Shown: positions 39,869 to 49,989 of the stretch, one piece after another | Layout of the letters: each line of letters starts with the position of its first letter | How positions within the stretch are numbered: position 1 is the stretch's first letter | Source of the DNA: Nitrospinaceae bacterium | GTDB lineage: Bacteria > Nitrospinota > Nitrospinia > Nitrospinales > Nitrospinaceae | Direction of reading: 5' to 3' | Assembly (NCBI GenBank): GCA_965223665.1 | Contig: OZ245011.1 | Location: 2,080,001 to 2,144,000 of the forward strand | DNA: 64,000 nucleotides | Notes under the pieces: model-generated | What the model saw: the letters and a program-made list of their open reading frames with translations, nothing else | Told to the model about the DNA's origin: nothing | The model's database searches: none | Made by a program: the position numbers and the translations under genes

Positions 39869-41442
39869 AAAAATCACGGATTGTTTCCTTATATACAAGC
39901 CTGTTCTTCATTAGCCAATGGTTTGGCGGAGTTGCTCCCGTTTTTGCCGTGGAAAATGTCACTCCGGAGAAAAACGAAACTCGGAGTATTTCCGGGAATC
40001 AGGTGAATGTGATTGAAACCAATAAAGGCACCGTTAATATTGGCATTACCCTGGAACAACATCATGCGTACTTGAAAAAACGGGAAAAGGAAATCCGGGC
40101 GGAGTTAGCTCAGGAACGAGGACAGGACAAACAACGCATTCAGGATTTAGAGTTGGAGTTAAAGGGAATTCAGGCGAAGCAGGCCAACCTGGAACAGTCC
40201 TACAAAGAGCGGATTAAACAACTGCAAGCCACCAATAAAGACCTGCAAAAATTCAAAGACCAGTTTTCACCAGAACAAATGGAAAAAGCAGAGGAAGCCT
40301 TAGCCAAAGGTGACTCAACAGAAGCTGAAAAATTATTAAAAGCCGTCACAGAGAACAAAAATAAACTATCGGTGGTCGAAGAGTTGGCATTGGCCCATTA
40401 CCGCTTGGGAAAGATCGCTTATGATGACGTGAAGTACCGTGAAGCCCTGAAAAACTACGAACGCGCCGCACAACTCGCTCCGGAAAGCGGATTATATTTG
40501 AATGAAACTGGAATCCTATACGACACCCTGGGCAACTACGACAAATCCATTGAATATTATCAAAAAGCATTAGAGGTATTGAAAAGTACTTTGGGTGAAG
40601 ATCACCCGAGTGTCGCTACAAGCTGGAACAACCTGGGAGCGGTTTGGCGGGTCAAAGGTAACTATAACAAAGCCATTGAGTATTTTGAGAAATCTTTGGC
40701 AAGCGATCTCAAAACCTTTGGTGAAGACCACCCCAGTGTAGCAATTGGTTGGAACAATATTGCAGATACCTGGCACGCTCAAGGTAACTACGACAAAGCG
40801 ATTAAGTATTTTGAAAAAGCCACCAAAAGTTTAAGTAAATATTATGGTAAGGCTCATCACCAAGTCGCCACCGGTTGGAACAACCTGGGTGAGGTTTGGC
40901 GGAAAAAGGGTGATAACGATAAGGCTTTGAAATTTTTCAAGAAAGCGTTGGCCAGCGATCTAAAAACTTTTGGTGAAAACCATCCCAAAATTGCATATAG
41001 CTGGAACAATCTGGGTGCAGTTTGGCGCGGAAAAGGAAACTTAGAAAAGGCGATTGAATATTTTAATAAAGCATTAACTATTGATATAAATACTTTTGGA
41101 GAAAATCATCCCAATGTTGCACGCGAATGGAACAACCTGGGTCTGACTTATTATTATAAAGGAGACTACGACAAAGCCATTGAGTATTATGAAAAAGCCC
41201 TGGCAAGCGATCTTAAAACCTTTGGCCAAGACCATCCAAGTATCGCCAACATTTGGAACAATCTTGGACAAGCTTGGAATAAAAAAGGTAACAACAACAA
41301 AACTATTTTCTATTATGAAAAAGCGTTGGTGGTTTTAAAGAAATTGTTTGGCAATGATCACTCCAATGTGAAAGTGGTGGAGGACAACATCGCCTTCTCC
41401 CTTGAGCAAATGGAGAAGAAAAATCAATCCACCTCAAAATAA
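39865..41442 (+). CDS. Exported TPR protein with N-terminal motif B, coiled coil and 42-aa TPRs
   Basis: ATGA overlap with the upstream gene; signal ending VFA; ISGNQVNVIETNKGTVNIG; HPxVAxxWNNLG repeats. Confidence 0.88.
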   Translation: MKKSRIVSLYTSLFFISQWFGGVAPVFAVENVTPEKNETRSISGNQVNVIETNKGTVNIGITLEQHHAYLKKREKEIRAELAQERGQDKQRIQDLELELKGIQAKQANLEQSYKERIKQLQATNKDLQKFKDQFSPEQMEKAEEALAKGDSTEAEKLLKAVTENKNKLSVVEELALAHYRLGKIAYDDVKYREALKNYERAAQLAPESGLYLNETGILYDTLGNYDKSIEYYQKALEVLKSTLGEDHPSVATSWNNLGAVWRVKGNYNKAIEYFEKSLASDLKTFGEDHPSVAIGWNNIADTWHAQGNYDKAIKYFEKATKSLSKYYGKAHHQVATGWNNLGEVWRKKGDNDKALKFFKKALASDLKTFGENHPKIAYSWNNLGAVWRGKGNLEKAIEYFNKALTIDINTFGENHPNVAREWNNLGLTYYYKGDYDKAIEYYEKALASDLKTFGQDHPSIANIWNNLGQAWNKKGNNNKTIFYYEKALVVLKKLFGNDHSNVKVVEDNIAFSLEQMEKKNQSTSK

Positions 41443-41450
41443 TTTTTACC

Positions 41451-43175
41451 ATGAACAGAAACCTCATTAAAAAACCAATCATTTTTTCCATAGCTATAGG
41501 CATGGGGTTCGCCATCATCGGGTGGGGATTGCCCATTCCGGTTCACGCTGAAGATAAAGTCAGCCAAGCGGGAAATCAGGCGGGAAATATTTCCGGAACT
41601 CAGGGTGATGTACATGTCGGAGATAACGTCACCGGCGATAAGGTGATGGGAGATAAAATTGGTATCACTCTCGCCGAGCATAAAGCGGAATTGGAAAAGG
41701 AAGTCCAAAAAGTAAAACAACAATTGGAGGCCGAATTTCAAAAAGGAAAACAAAGCGATCAAAAAGAAATTGGATACTTAAAGAGAATTCTGGTTCTCAC
41801 TGAAGGCCGCCTGCAAGATGTCAAAAACGATCTGGAAAAAACCAAAAAACTACTGGCGGAAACTAAAGAAGCCCTGGCGAAACAACCTTCCATACCTAGG
41901 GAACAACTGGCCGAAGCACAGACAAGCTTGAATGAAGGGAAAACCGAAAAAGCCGAAGCGCTGTTTCAACAAACCCTGGATCAAAGCGCCGATACTATCG
42001 AACAAGCTGCCGAAGCCGCATATCAGATTGGACGGTTAGCGGAAAACAAAATCGATTACCGCAAAGCTCTAGAATATTACGAACGCGCCGCACAACTGGA
42101 GCCAGAGAGTGGGAAATATTTAATTGCATTCGGATTTCTATACCGTGCTCTAGGAAACTATAACAAGGCCATTACCTATTATGAAAAAGCTTTAACTAAC
42201 GATCTAAAGATATTTGGTGCAAATCATCCCAACGTGGCCACCGATTGGAATAACCTGGGAGCGGCCTGGAAAGACAAAGGCAACTACGACAAAGCTATTG
42301 AGTATTTTGAGAAGGCAGTGGAAAGCTGGAAAAATTCCTTTGGAATCGAACATACAAATGTCGCCACTGGGTGGAACAACTTAGGATCAGCTTGGCAAAA
42401 CAAAGGTAATCTTAAACGAGCCATTGAGTTTTATGAGATGGCCTTGTCCAGCGATCTCAAAACTTTTGGCGAGAAACATTCAAATGTTGCTCGCGATTGG
42501 AACAATCTGGGAACAGCTTGGGATAGCAAGGCTAACTACGACAAAGCCATTGAATATTACAAGAAAGCAGTCGATAACTGGAAAAATTCCTTAGGAATTG
42601 AACATCCTTTAGTAGCCACAGGTTGGAACAACCTAGGATTGGCCTATGATAATAAAGGCCATTACGACAAAGCTATTGATTACTATGAAAAAGCCCTGGC
42701 CAGCAATCTCAAAACTTTAGGAGAAAATCATCCAGATGTTGCTACCCGCTGGAACAACCTAGGATTAGCCTGGAGCAATAAAGGCCACTATGACAAAGCC
42801 ATTGAATATTATGAGAAAGCAGTAGATAGCTGGGAAAATTCCTTAGGATTTAAACATTCTTTAGTTGCCACCGGTTGGAGCAATCTGGGAGGAGCTTGGT
42901 TTAGAAAAGGGAATTACGACAAAGCCCTGTTGTATTTAGAAAAAGCATTAGCCAGTGATTTAAATAATTTTGGACAGGACGATCTCAAAGTCGCCATTCG
43001 CTGGAATAACCTGGGAAAGATCTGGAATAGCAAGGGAAATTATGACAAATCCATTACCTATTATGAAAAAGCATTACCAGTTTTTAAAAAAATTTTAGGC
43101 AAGGATCACCCGAATGTGAAAACAGTGGAAAGAAACATCGTTTTCGCGCAAGAACAAAAATCAAAAAATAGATAA
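41451..43175 (+). CDS. Exported TPR protein with N-terminal motif C, coiled coil and 42-aa TPRs
   Basis: Signal ending VHA; GNQAGNISGTQGDVHVGDNVTGDKVMGDKI; same TPR type. Confidence 0.88.
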   Translation: MNRNLIKKPIIFSIAIGMGFAIIGWGLPIPVHAEDKVSQAGNQAGNISGTQGDVHVGDNVTGDKVMGDKIGITLAEHKAELEKEVQKVKQQLEAEFQKGKQSDQKEIGYLKRILVLTEGRLQDVKNDLEKTKKLLAETKEALAKQPSIPREQLAEAQTSLNEGKTEKAEALFQQTLDQSADTIEQAAEAAYQIGRLAENKIDYRKALEYYERAAQLEPESGKYLIAFGFLYRALGNYNKAITYYEKALTNDLKIFGANHPNVATDWNNLGAAWKDKGNYDKAIEYFEKAVESWKNSFGIEHTNVATGWNNLGSAWQNKGNLKRAIEFYEMALSSDLKTFGEKHSNVARDWNNLGTAWDSKANYDKAIEYYKKAVDNWKNSLGIEHPLVATGWNNLGLAYDNKGHYDKAIDYYEKALASNLKTLGENHPDVATRWNNLGLAWSNKGHYDKAIEYYEKAVDSWENSLGFKHSLVATGWSNLGGAWFRKGNYDKALLYLEKALASDLNNFGQDDLKVAIRWNNLGKIWNSKGNYDKSITYYEKALPVFKKILGKDHPNVKTVERNIVFAQEQKSKNR

Positions 43176-43269
43176 CCAAATAATCCATGCCTTCTTTAGC
43201 TGTCCATAGGACATCTATTAAAGACAAACGGTTTCCAAAAGTTTAACTGCCACCCTTGTTACCGGAATT

Positions 43270-43722
43270 CTAATCTAAATATTCCTGGTATTTGTCCTGC
43301 TCCCTCGGGAGAGCCATGGCGAGGATGGGGAATGGCGGCATGTCTCGGTTACGGCAAATCCAGTAACTGATGCCATACGAAAGGACATAACCTAAAGCGA
43401 TTCCATATCCTAAAAATCCGATGGCGACGGAAAAGGAACCGGTCGGTCCTAAACGGTGCGCCATGAAAATGGAAAACAGGCAGAGTCCAACGGCAAAAGT
43501 GCTTCCGAGAAACCATCCGGCAAAGGCATACTCTTTGGGAATTCTTTTTTTCCAGATGGGATAGATCGAGGCGAGGATGATCATGTCCGCCATCATCGGT
43601 TCAGAAAACAGAAAGTTGCCGATCCGGTCGACGATCACCGCGGCCAAATGGTTGGCCAGAATGATCACGCCAATTTGTAATGCCAGTCTTAATAAAAATC
43701 CTTTTAATTTTTTCATTTCCAA
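43270..43722 (-). CDS. Multi-TM hypothetical protein, paralog of 47861-48280
   Basis: Shared LQIG, PIW, GWxxGS, GxTGSF, LG(F/Y)GI, SYxxCR. Confidence 0.7.
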   Translation of the reverse strand: MEMKKLKGFLLRLALQIGVIILANHLAAVIVDRIGNFLFSEPMMADMIILASIYPIWKKRIPKEYAFAGWFLGSTFAVGLCLFSIFMAHRLGPTGSFSVAIGFLGYGIALGYVLSYGISYWICRNRDMPPFPILAMALPREQDKYQEYLD

Positions 43723-43852
43723 TCCCTGGAAGCAGCGTGACGCTGTGGCCCCCGGCCACTGGGAGCATTCATCTTCAATGTGTTTCTTGCTAACCGGACG
43801 CTCAAAAACTTCTCAAATACTTTTCTTTTCGTATAGCCTAAAACCCCTGAAG

Positions 43853-43885
43853 GTCAATCACCCCAGCCCTCTTTAGGAAAGAGGG
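43853..43885 (-). repeat. REP/MITE-like repeat copy (inverted)
   Basis: GTCAATCACCCCAGCCCTCTTTAGGAAAGAGGG. Confidence 0.8.
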
Positions 43886-44264
43886 GGCACATCGGTCATC
43901 TTTCTAAATTTATTGTAATTTGTTTCATAGTTACTATTAAGTAAAGCTCTCTTTAAAAGGTCTTTACCTTAGGCCAAATGGGCGTGCAAGTCAACGGTTC
44001 GAGCGAAATCAAAACCCTTGGTTTTGGCCCAATTGTTTTTATGCGAAATATTATTAAAATCGGCGACAGGATACCAGTTCAAAAAAGGCGAGTTAAATTT
44101 TCAGGATTTTCACAGGAAATATCCACTTCCCGATAGAAATCGCTTCCGCAAAATCTATTCGGGAAATTCTATTCCAATAAATGCGTTGGGAGGCAGTCCT
44201 CTTATCCGGATTCACCTCCCCGTTCGCTTATTTCAAAATCTGTAAGCCCGGTTCAGAGCTTGAG

Positions 44265-44825
44265 CTATTTGCTTTTAGACCGCTTTTTAAACCTTTTCTT
44301 CTTTTTATGCACATCTGCTTTTACTTTAGAGTTCGATGGTTTCTTTTTGTTCACAGATGAATTAGATTTTACAGATTTATGTTTACGCGGACTTCCTGTC
44401 ACCCCTCTCTTGAACTTATCCCAGAATCCCGCAGTTTGAACTCGCGAAACGATAGCCGCAGTTTCCATCGGCGAAGCGTAGGCTTCAGTGACCAAACTGA
44501 ACGAAGATTGTTGAGGTGCCGCTTCATCCATATTGGGCGGTGGAGCCAGATTGCTGGCATTAATCCAGGAGACAAAAAGAGCCGGTCCGTAAATGCCCAG
44601 TTGAAATATTTTGACTCGGCTTTTTTCTGTGTCATGGAGAAAAGCGATGATTCCACCAATAATACAGAGTACAAATCCCCTGACGCCATAACCCAGCGCA
44701 ACGGCTCCGTCTAAATCCGTCGAAAGATTATTAAAATCGTACGAAACCAGGTTCATCAGGGTGGGAACAAACCCACCCACCATGCCTATCATAATTCTGT
44801 CTTTATCATCGTCGCTGAATTGCAT
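44265..44825 (-). CDS. Three-TM membrane protein with basic tail
   Basis: GAGGAG SD; GMVGGFVPTL, GGIIAFL, FQLGIYGPALF; Lys-rich C-terminus. Confidence 0.7.
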   Translation of the reverse strand: MQFSDDDKDRIMIGMVGGFVPTLMNLVSYDFNNLSTDLDGAVALGYGVRGFVLCIIGGIIAFLHDTEKSRVKIFQLGIYGPALFVSWINASNLAPPPNMDEAAPQQSSFSLVTEAYASPMETAAIVSRVQTAGFWDKFKRGVTGSPRKHKSVKSNSSVNKKKPSNSKVKADVHKKKKRFKKRSKSK

Positions 44826-44898
44826 AACGTTTCTCCTCTTTTAATTGCTTTGTTTCAAGAAAAACAAGTTTGACTTCATATAAGGAAATACCCTTACA

Positions 44899-45969
44899 CT
44901 AATGGTCTTCAAATAAAGTACCGGCCCGCCAGTCGTCCCTTCCCGTAGCACTGGCACCCCTGCCTCCACTGATGCTGGAGGAGAATCCACTCGCTGTGTT
45001 TTCTTTGCCTCCGGTGATTGTGGCATAGGGACCTGAAATCACATTTTGTTGGCCGACTACAATACCGCCATAGCTGGAATAATTGTTTCCGTTACCCAGG
45101 ATTAAGTTGTGAGAGCCGGATTTATCGGGTTCAGGTGTTGGATCCATGGCATGTCGACCCCAAACAATATCTTCTCCGTAACCTACAATCAGGTTACCCA
45201 ATCCATTGACGGCAGGATTAGGGTCACAGAGTTCAATAAAAGAGGACCGACAATCAGGATCGCCATTCGTTGCTCCCAGGCCGTTCTCAACATGAATATT
45301 GACTCCTGTGAAATGGATGTCATTGCCATCACGTGTCACACCCGCCAATATAGCTTTCAGTTCATCAACTTCAGCCCGCAATTCTTCGATAGTCATCGAA
45401 CTGCTAGAATAAGTCACCTCCAATCTTGGGATCCTTGTCAAAGATTCTCGAGAATTCATATCAATACCATTGGAGGTTCCTGCGGTGCGAATGGTGATGC
45501 CGTTATTGACAAATCCACCGTCAATCCAGCCTTGCACCATATTCACACCATGTTCATTTAAATTAATCGTGATTTTCCCTAAGCTAAATGCAGGAATGAC
45601 TCCACGCACTAAAGCAGAGCCGGACAAATCACTCCAGTCCACCCTATCTTCATTCCATGGGGTGTTCTGTCGAATAATGTTATAAGCACCACTACTCGAA
45701 TCAAACAAATTCAAGGTAATGGACGCAGCGGTCACAATAGCGTCGGAAGGAATTGATGAAACATCCCATTTAATTAAAGCGGCGACTTCTCCACCGGATC
45801 CATCATTTCCATCTGCCAGCAAAAAATTTTCGTTCCCAAAATTACTATTGGGATCAGACTCACTGATATAACTGTCCTCCACGGCAAAGAATTGATCCGT
45901 CACCGCAAACGAATTGCCAGCTACAAACAGAAGAGTTAAAAATACCCACAAAGCCATTACCTTTTTCAT
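44899..45969 (-). CDS. DNRLRE/SxSGG-repeat protein, paralog 9 (about 2 repeats)
   Basis: ATG 45969 with GGAGG SD; ends DWRAGTLFEDH. Confidence 0.85.
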   Translation of the reverse strand: MKKVMALWVFLTLLFVAGNSFAVTDQFFAVEDSYISESDPNSNFGNENFLLADGNDGSGGEVAALIKWDVSSIPSDAIVTAASITLNLFDSSSGAYNIIRQNTPWNEDRVDWSDLSGSALVRGVIPAFSLGKITINLNEHGVNMVQGWIDGGFVNNGITIRTAGTSNGIDMNSRESLTRIPRLEVTYSSSSMTIEELRAEVDELKAILAGVTRDGNDIHFTGVNIHVENGLGATNGDPDCRSSFIELCDPNPAVNGLGNLIVGYGEDIVWGRHAMDPTPEPDKSGSHNLILGNGNNYSSYGGIVVGQQNVISGPYATITGGKENTASGFSSSISGGRGASATGRDDWRAGTLFEDH

Positions 45970-46218
45970 GATCAGTCCCTCCACTTTGATGTTTTAATAC
46001 CAATAGGAAGATAATTAATTCTTCAATTAAAATATACGGTTTAGATGGATAACTTAATATCGTTGGACCTATATTTTTGCTGTCCTATTTTGTTTTACAT
46101 AAGTGAGGCGCAGAAAGGGTAGAAGAGGAATTTGTGGAAGTTATGTATTAATGGTTAAACCGTGGGATGATCTTACCGGAGATCTTGGAAAAACTAATTT
46201 TCCGGTGGAGGCAAAGCG

Positions 46219-46243
46219 CCCGGCCCTGCATAGCAAGGCCGGG
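46219..46243 (-). terminator. Hairpin downstream of paralog 8
   Basis: CCCGGCC-ctgcatagcaa-GGCCGGG. Confidence 0.55.
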
Positions 46244-46261
46244 TTGAATGAGTGATAAAAT

Positions 46262-47548
46262 TTAATTATCTTGAAACAAAGCACCAGCGACCCAGTCATG
46301 GTTTCCTAAAGCTGTTCGACCTAAGCCACCGCTGACATTGGACATTTGACCATTGGCGGTGTTATTTTGGCCTCCACTAACACTGGAGTAAGCTGCATTT
46401 GCTGAGTTACCTAAGCCGCCACTGATGCTTGTGTAATTTGAATAAGCGGAGTTGCGTAAACCACCACTGACATTAGACCAATTTCCATTTGCAAAATTGT
46501 CACGACCACCACTGACGCTATTGGCCAGCGCTCCGCTGGCTCTATTATTTTCTCCCCCATTGATACTTGAGTGGTTTCCACTGACCATGTTATCTCTGCC
46601 GCCACTGACACTGGAATAGCGACCCGATATCGCATTATCTTGGCCTACCACTAATCCACCAAAACTGGCATAGTTAAGCCCATGGCCGACCACAATATTA
46701 TGTGAACCGGATTTATCTGATATCACAGGTTGGCCATAGCCATCGAAAGGATCAATTTTTTCATCATAACCGACAATCAAATTGCCCAGCCCGTTGACAG
46801 TTCCGGTGGTGCTATCCGGGTCTTCCATATTGCCATTGGTAGCACCCAGGCCGTTTACGATTTTCAAATTCATTCCTTCAAACTGAAGCGTCGTCCCATT
46901 TCGGGTGACTCCTGATAAAAGGTCTTCCAAAAACGCCACGCGTTCGAGCAGATTTTGAACGACGGTGTCATAGGTCACTTCCAAAGTGGGGGGCGGTCCT
47001 GCCGATTCCTTAGAATCCATCATGATGCCGTTGTTGGTACCACCGGTTCGAATGATCAACCCGTTATTGGGAATGGAACCATCCACCCAACCCTGCACCA
47101 AAGCGACGCCGCTGGCATGTAAAACATGGGTCCCTAAACCAAACGTTAAAGGAGGCACGGTACCTAATAAGGTTCCTCCCTGATTAAGATCATTCCAGGT
47201 CACGGAGCCTTCGGTCCAGGCCGTGTCTTGTGAATAGATATTGTAAGTTCCCGAACTGGCGTCGGTATAATTGAAGGTCACCGAAACGCTGGTCACGGTT
47301 GAACCGGCTGGGATTGAAGACACGTCCCACTGAACCAACGTGACGACTTCCCCGAATCTACCGTTATCCGGATCTTGCGAAACTCCGTCGGCAAGGAGTT
47401 CCATTTCGGCTCCATAGTTCATAGTGGGAGAAGTGCTTCTCACATAACTGTCTTCAGGATTGGTGAACGTATCGGTCACCGCCAACGACGGTGTGCTGAT
47501 GCATAACGCCCACAATAAAAACATAGATAACGTTTTTACGAATTTCAT
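46262..47548 (-). CDS. DNRLRE/SxSGG-repeat protein, paralog 8
   Basis: Same architecture; ends DWVAGALFQDN. Confidence 0.85.
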   Translation of the reverse strand: MKFVKTLSMFLLWALCISTPSLAVTDTFTNPEDSYVRSTSPTMNYGAEMELLADGVSQDPDNGRFGEVVTLVQWDVSSIPAGSTVTSVSVTFNYTDASSGTYNIYSQDTAWTEGSVTWNDLNQGGTLLGTVPPLTFGLGTHVLHASGVALVQGWVDGSIPNNGLIIRTGGTNNGIMMDSKESAGPPPTLEVTYDTVVQNLLERVAFLEDLLSGVTRNGTTLQFEGMNLKIVNGLGATNGNMEDPDSTTGTVNGLGNLIVGYDEKIDPFDGYGQPVISDKSGSHNIVVGHGLNYASFGGLVVGQDNAISGRYSSVSGGRDNMVSGNHSSINGGENNRASGALANSVSGGRDNFANGNWSNVSGGLRNSAYSNYTSISGGLGNSANAAYSSVSGGQNNTANGQMSNVSGGLGRTALGNHDWVAGALFQDN

Positions 47549-47860
47549 GATCTCTCCTCCTCAAAACTCAGGTTTAAGATTTTCCGAACCGCCCATTTTT
47601 TGGTAGATGCCTAATCTGACATAGCCTAAATTGGTTGTCAACGGAAGAGAGCCATAAAACCTCTTATTTCTACCGGGTCAGTTTTGAGTATAAATAAATT
47701 TTGCTCGACAACGATTGTGCGAACTGGAAAGAAACCATCAGGTGGGTAGGAAAAGCATTGTTAAAGGTGCTTTTACCAATTTTGAAGAATCGGTTTTTAA
47801 TGAAAAGGTGTTTGCGGGGAGAATTGCCGAAGGTGGGGTGCATCGTCTCGGGAGAGGATT

Positions 47861-48280
47861 TTAATGTTTTTTTATTTCATCAGGTAATACGGAATACACA
47901 GAGGGGAGTGTGGATAGATTGGGCTGAGTTTTTCGGCGGCATACCAGATAGCTGACCCACAGAGGTAAAAGGAAACCCAAAAGAATTCCAAATCCCAAAA
48001 GTCCCATAGCCAAATTAAAGGAGCCGGTTTTTCCCAAACTGAACGCATAAATCCTTGAACCAAGAAAAACGACCAAGCCAACGGAACTTCCAAAAAGCCA
48101 ACCCAGGAATCGATTTCCTGTAGAAACATTCTTCATCCAGATGGGGAATAGAGAGCCAATGACGACGATATAAACCAGGGTCGGTCCGGAGAAACGAAAA
48201 TCACCGAGGTTGGTACTGACCAGGGCGGCGATTCCAATCGCAATTGCCGTCGCTCCAATTTGCAGTAACAAATTAATCAT
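47861..48280 (-). CDS. Multi-TM hypothetical protein
   Basis: Paralog of 43270-43722. Confidence 0.7.
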   Translation of the reverse strand: MINLLLQIGATAIAIGIAALVSTNLGDFRFSGPTLVYIVVIGSLFPIWMKNVSTGNRFLGWLFGSSVGLVVFLGSRIYAFSLGKTGSFNLAMGLLGFGILLGFLLPLWVSYLVCRRKTQPNLSTLPSVYSVLPDEIKKH

Positions 48281-48694
48281 TCTTTTCTCTCGAGTGTTTC
48301 TTAACTGTTTGCGAGAACAAACCCTTGGGATTCGCCTCGTTAAAATGGATTGGGCATAAATTAACCCAAAAAGGGTAACTTGTCAATAGAAGGATCCTAC
48401 ATTTATCACTCAACGGATGTCTTCAGGGAATGGGGATTTATGGTGAGTCTGGGTAAATAAAATAACTCCAATAAAATTAATTATTTAGCAAACATCGTCC
48501 GTTCCAAAAAATAAACTGAAGGAAAAGTGGCTGTCACTTTTCATCCTCCACCCCTCCTGCCAGTGGTTTTAGAACCGGGAATCTGGTATTCCATGATCCG
48601 AAACCCCCAGGGGAGTTATATCCTTTAAAGGTTTTGAGCGGATATTTTTTTAAACAAACTCGAGAGGAATTTATAATAGGGGAAAGCCAAACCG

Positions 48695-49438
48695 CTAAAG
48701 TTCCGTGGTTTCATTTTGTCCCGGCGTCGAGGAGGGTGCAGATAAAGAGGGGATGGAATTCGGCAAATCTTTGTCCAGTACCATAATGAAACTAACGATC
48801 GCTGCAAAAAATAATCCACACACCATGGCCAGGTAAGTCGTCCAATTGTAGTCGGGTAGAGGGAGAGTTCCACTATTATATAGAGATTGCGTCAATAGAG
48901 AGGTGACAAAATAAAAGCCTCCTCCCCCAACACTTGAAAAAGCCCAGGCATTCCATTTTTTTTTAAGACTCATTTCATCGGCCCAGACGGGATTGATGGA
49001 AGCAATGACCAGGATGGCGGCGATCACAATTATGTTTTTCCAGGCAAATTGACCGGATTCTCCCACCAGGGGAGTTGCTAAATAAAAGCCCATCATTAAA
49101 ACGGCCATTTGCAATAAATATTTCAGGGCAAAAGCATCCATCATTAGAATGAACGGATTCTCAATCGGCTTGGAGTAAATCAAGATGGATTTAATTAAAA
49201 ATGACACTAAAGCATACAACCCCGTAACCAAGGGGACCCAATAACCTAATTCCAGGTCGGCCAGACTCTCCAATTTGGATTCCCAAACCAAGAGCCCGAT
49301 CCCCCAGAGACTTCCCAAAAACATTGCAATCTTCCGGGACATTGCTAAAAACCCTGTGGCAACGCAACCGAAAATGGCCAGAATGTTAAAAGTAAAATCG
49401 AAGGCAAAGCCAATGTTCTCTCCAAGAGAAACTCCCAT
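48695..49438 (-). CDS. Polytopic membrane protein
   Basis: About 7 hydrophobic segments; GGGAG SD. Confidence 0.7.
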   Translation of the reverse strand: MGVSLGENIGFAFDFTFNILAIFGCVATGFLAMSRKIAMFLGSLWGIGLLVWESKLESLADLELGYWVPLVTGLYALVSFLIKSILIYSKPIENPFILMMDAFALKYLLQMAVLMMGFYLATPLVGESGQFAWKNIIVIAAILVIASINPVWADEMSLKKKWNAWAFSSVGGGGFYFVTSLLTQSLYNSGTLPLPDYNWTTYLAMVCGLFFAAIVSFIMVLDKDLPNSIPSLSAPSSTPGQNETTEL

Positions 49439-49989
49439 CGTTCAATTTCTCCCTTCGGCTTTAAAAACTTGGGTCGGATACTGTTTCATTTTCGCTTTCA
49501 TAATGTCAGAATTTTTAATATCAAATCGCGAAGTCTGCGCTGAGGTTTGATGACTGGAATGCAATTTCAACTTACTTTCTATTCTACCAAAGTCGCCAGG
49601 GATTAGATATGCGAGATATACAAAAGCTTCTACTTAAGGGGTGGGCTTCATTCAAACACACATGAAGGAGGTTTTGTGGTCTTCTCTTATAAAAATACCT
49701 GAGCCTTTAGCGAAAATATTCTCAATTCCATCCTGCAAAAAACAAAAAACTCTCAAAAAAAAATAGTGGGCACTCTCCTTCCAAAGCCGCTCGCTGGAAG
49801 TCTTTTTGAGGTAAAACAACACACATTAATTAAGTAATAGCTTCCTTCTTTTAGGTGAAATAAAGAAAAAAAGATTATCAGAGAAACTTTTTTCCAAAGT
49901 TTGTTCTATAAAAAATATTGTTTTAGAGTACAATACTCGCAGACAAAGATGAGAGACAAACCTTAGACTTTTCATCCAAAAAAGGGGCA

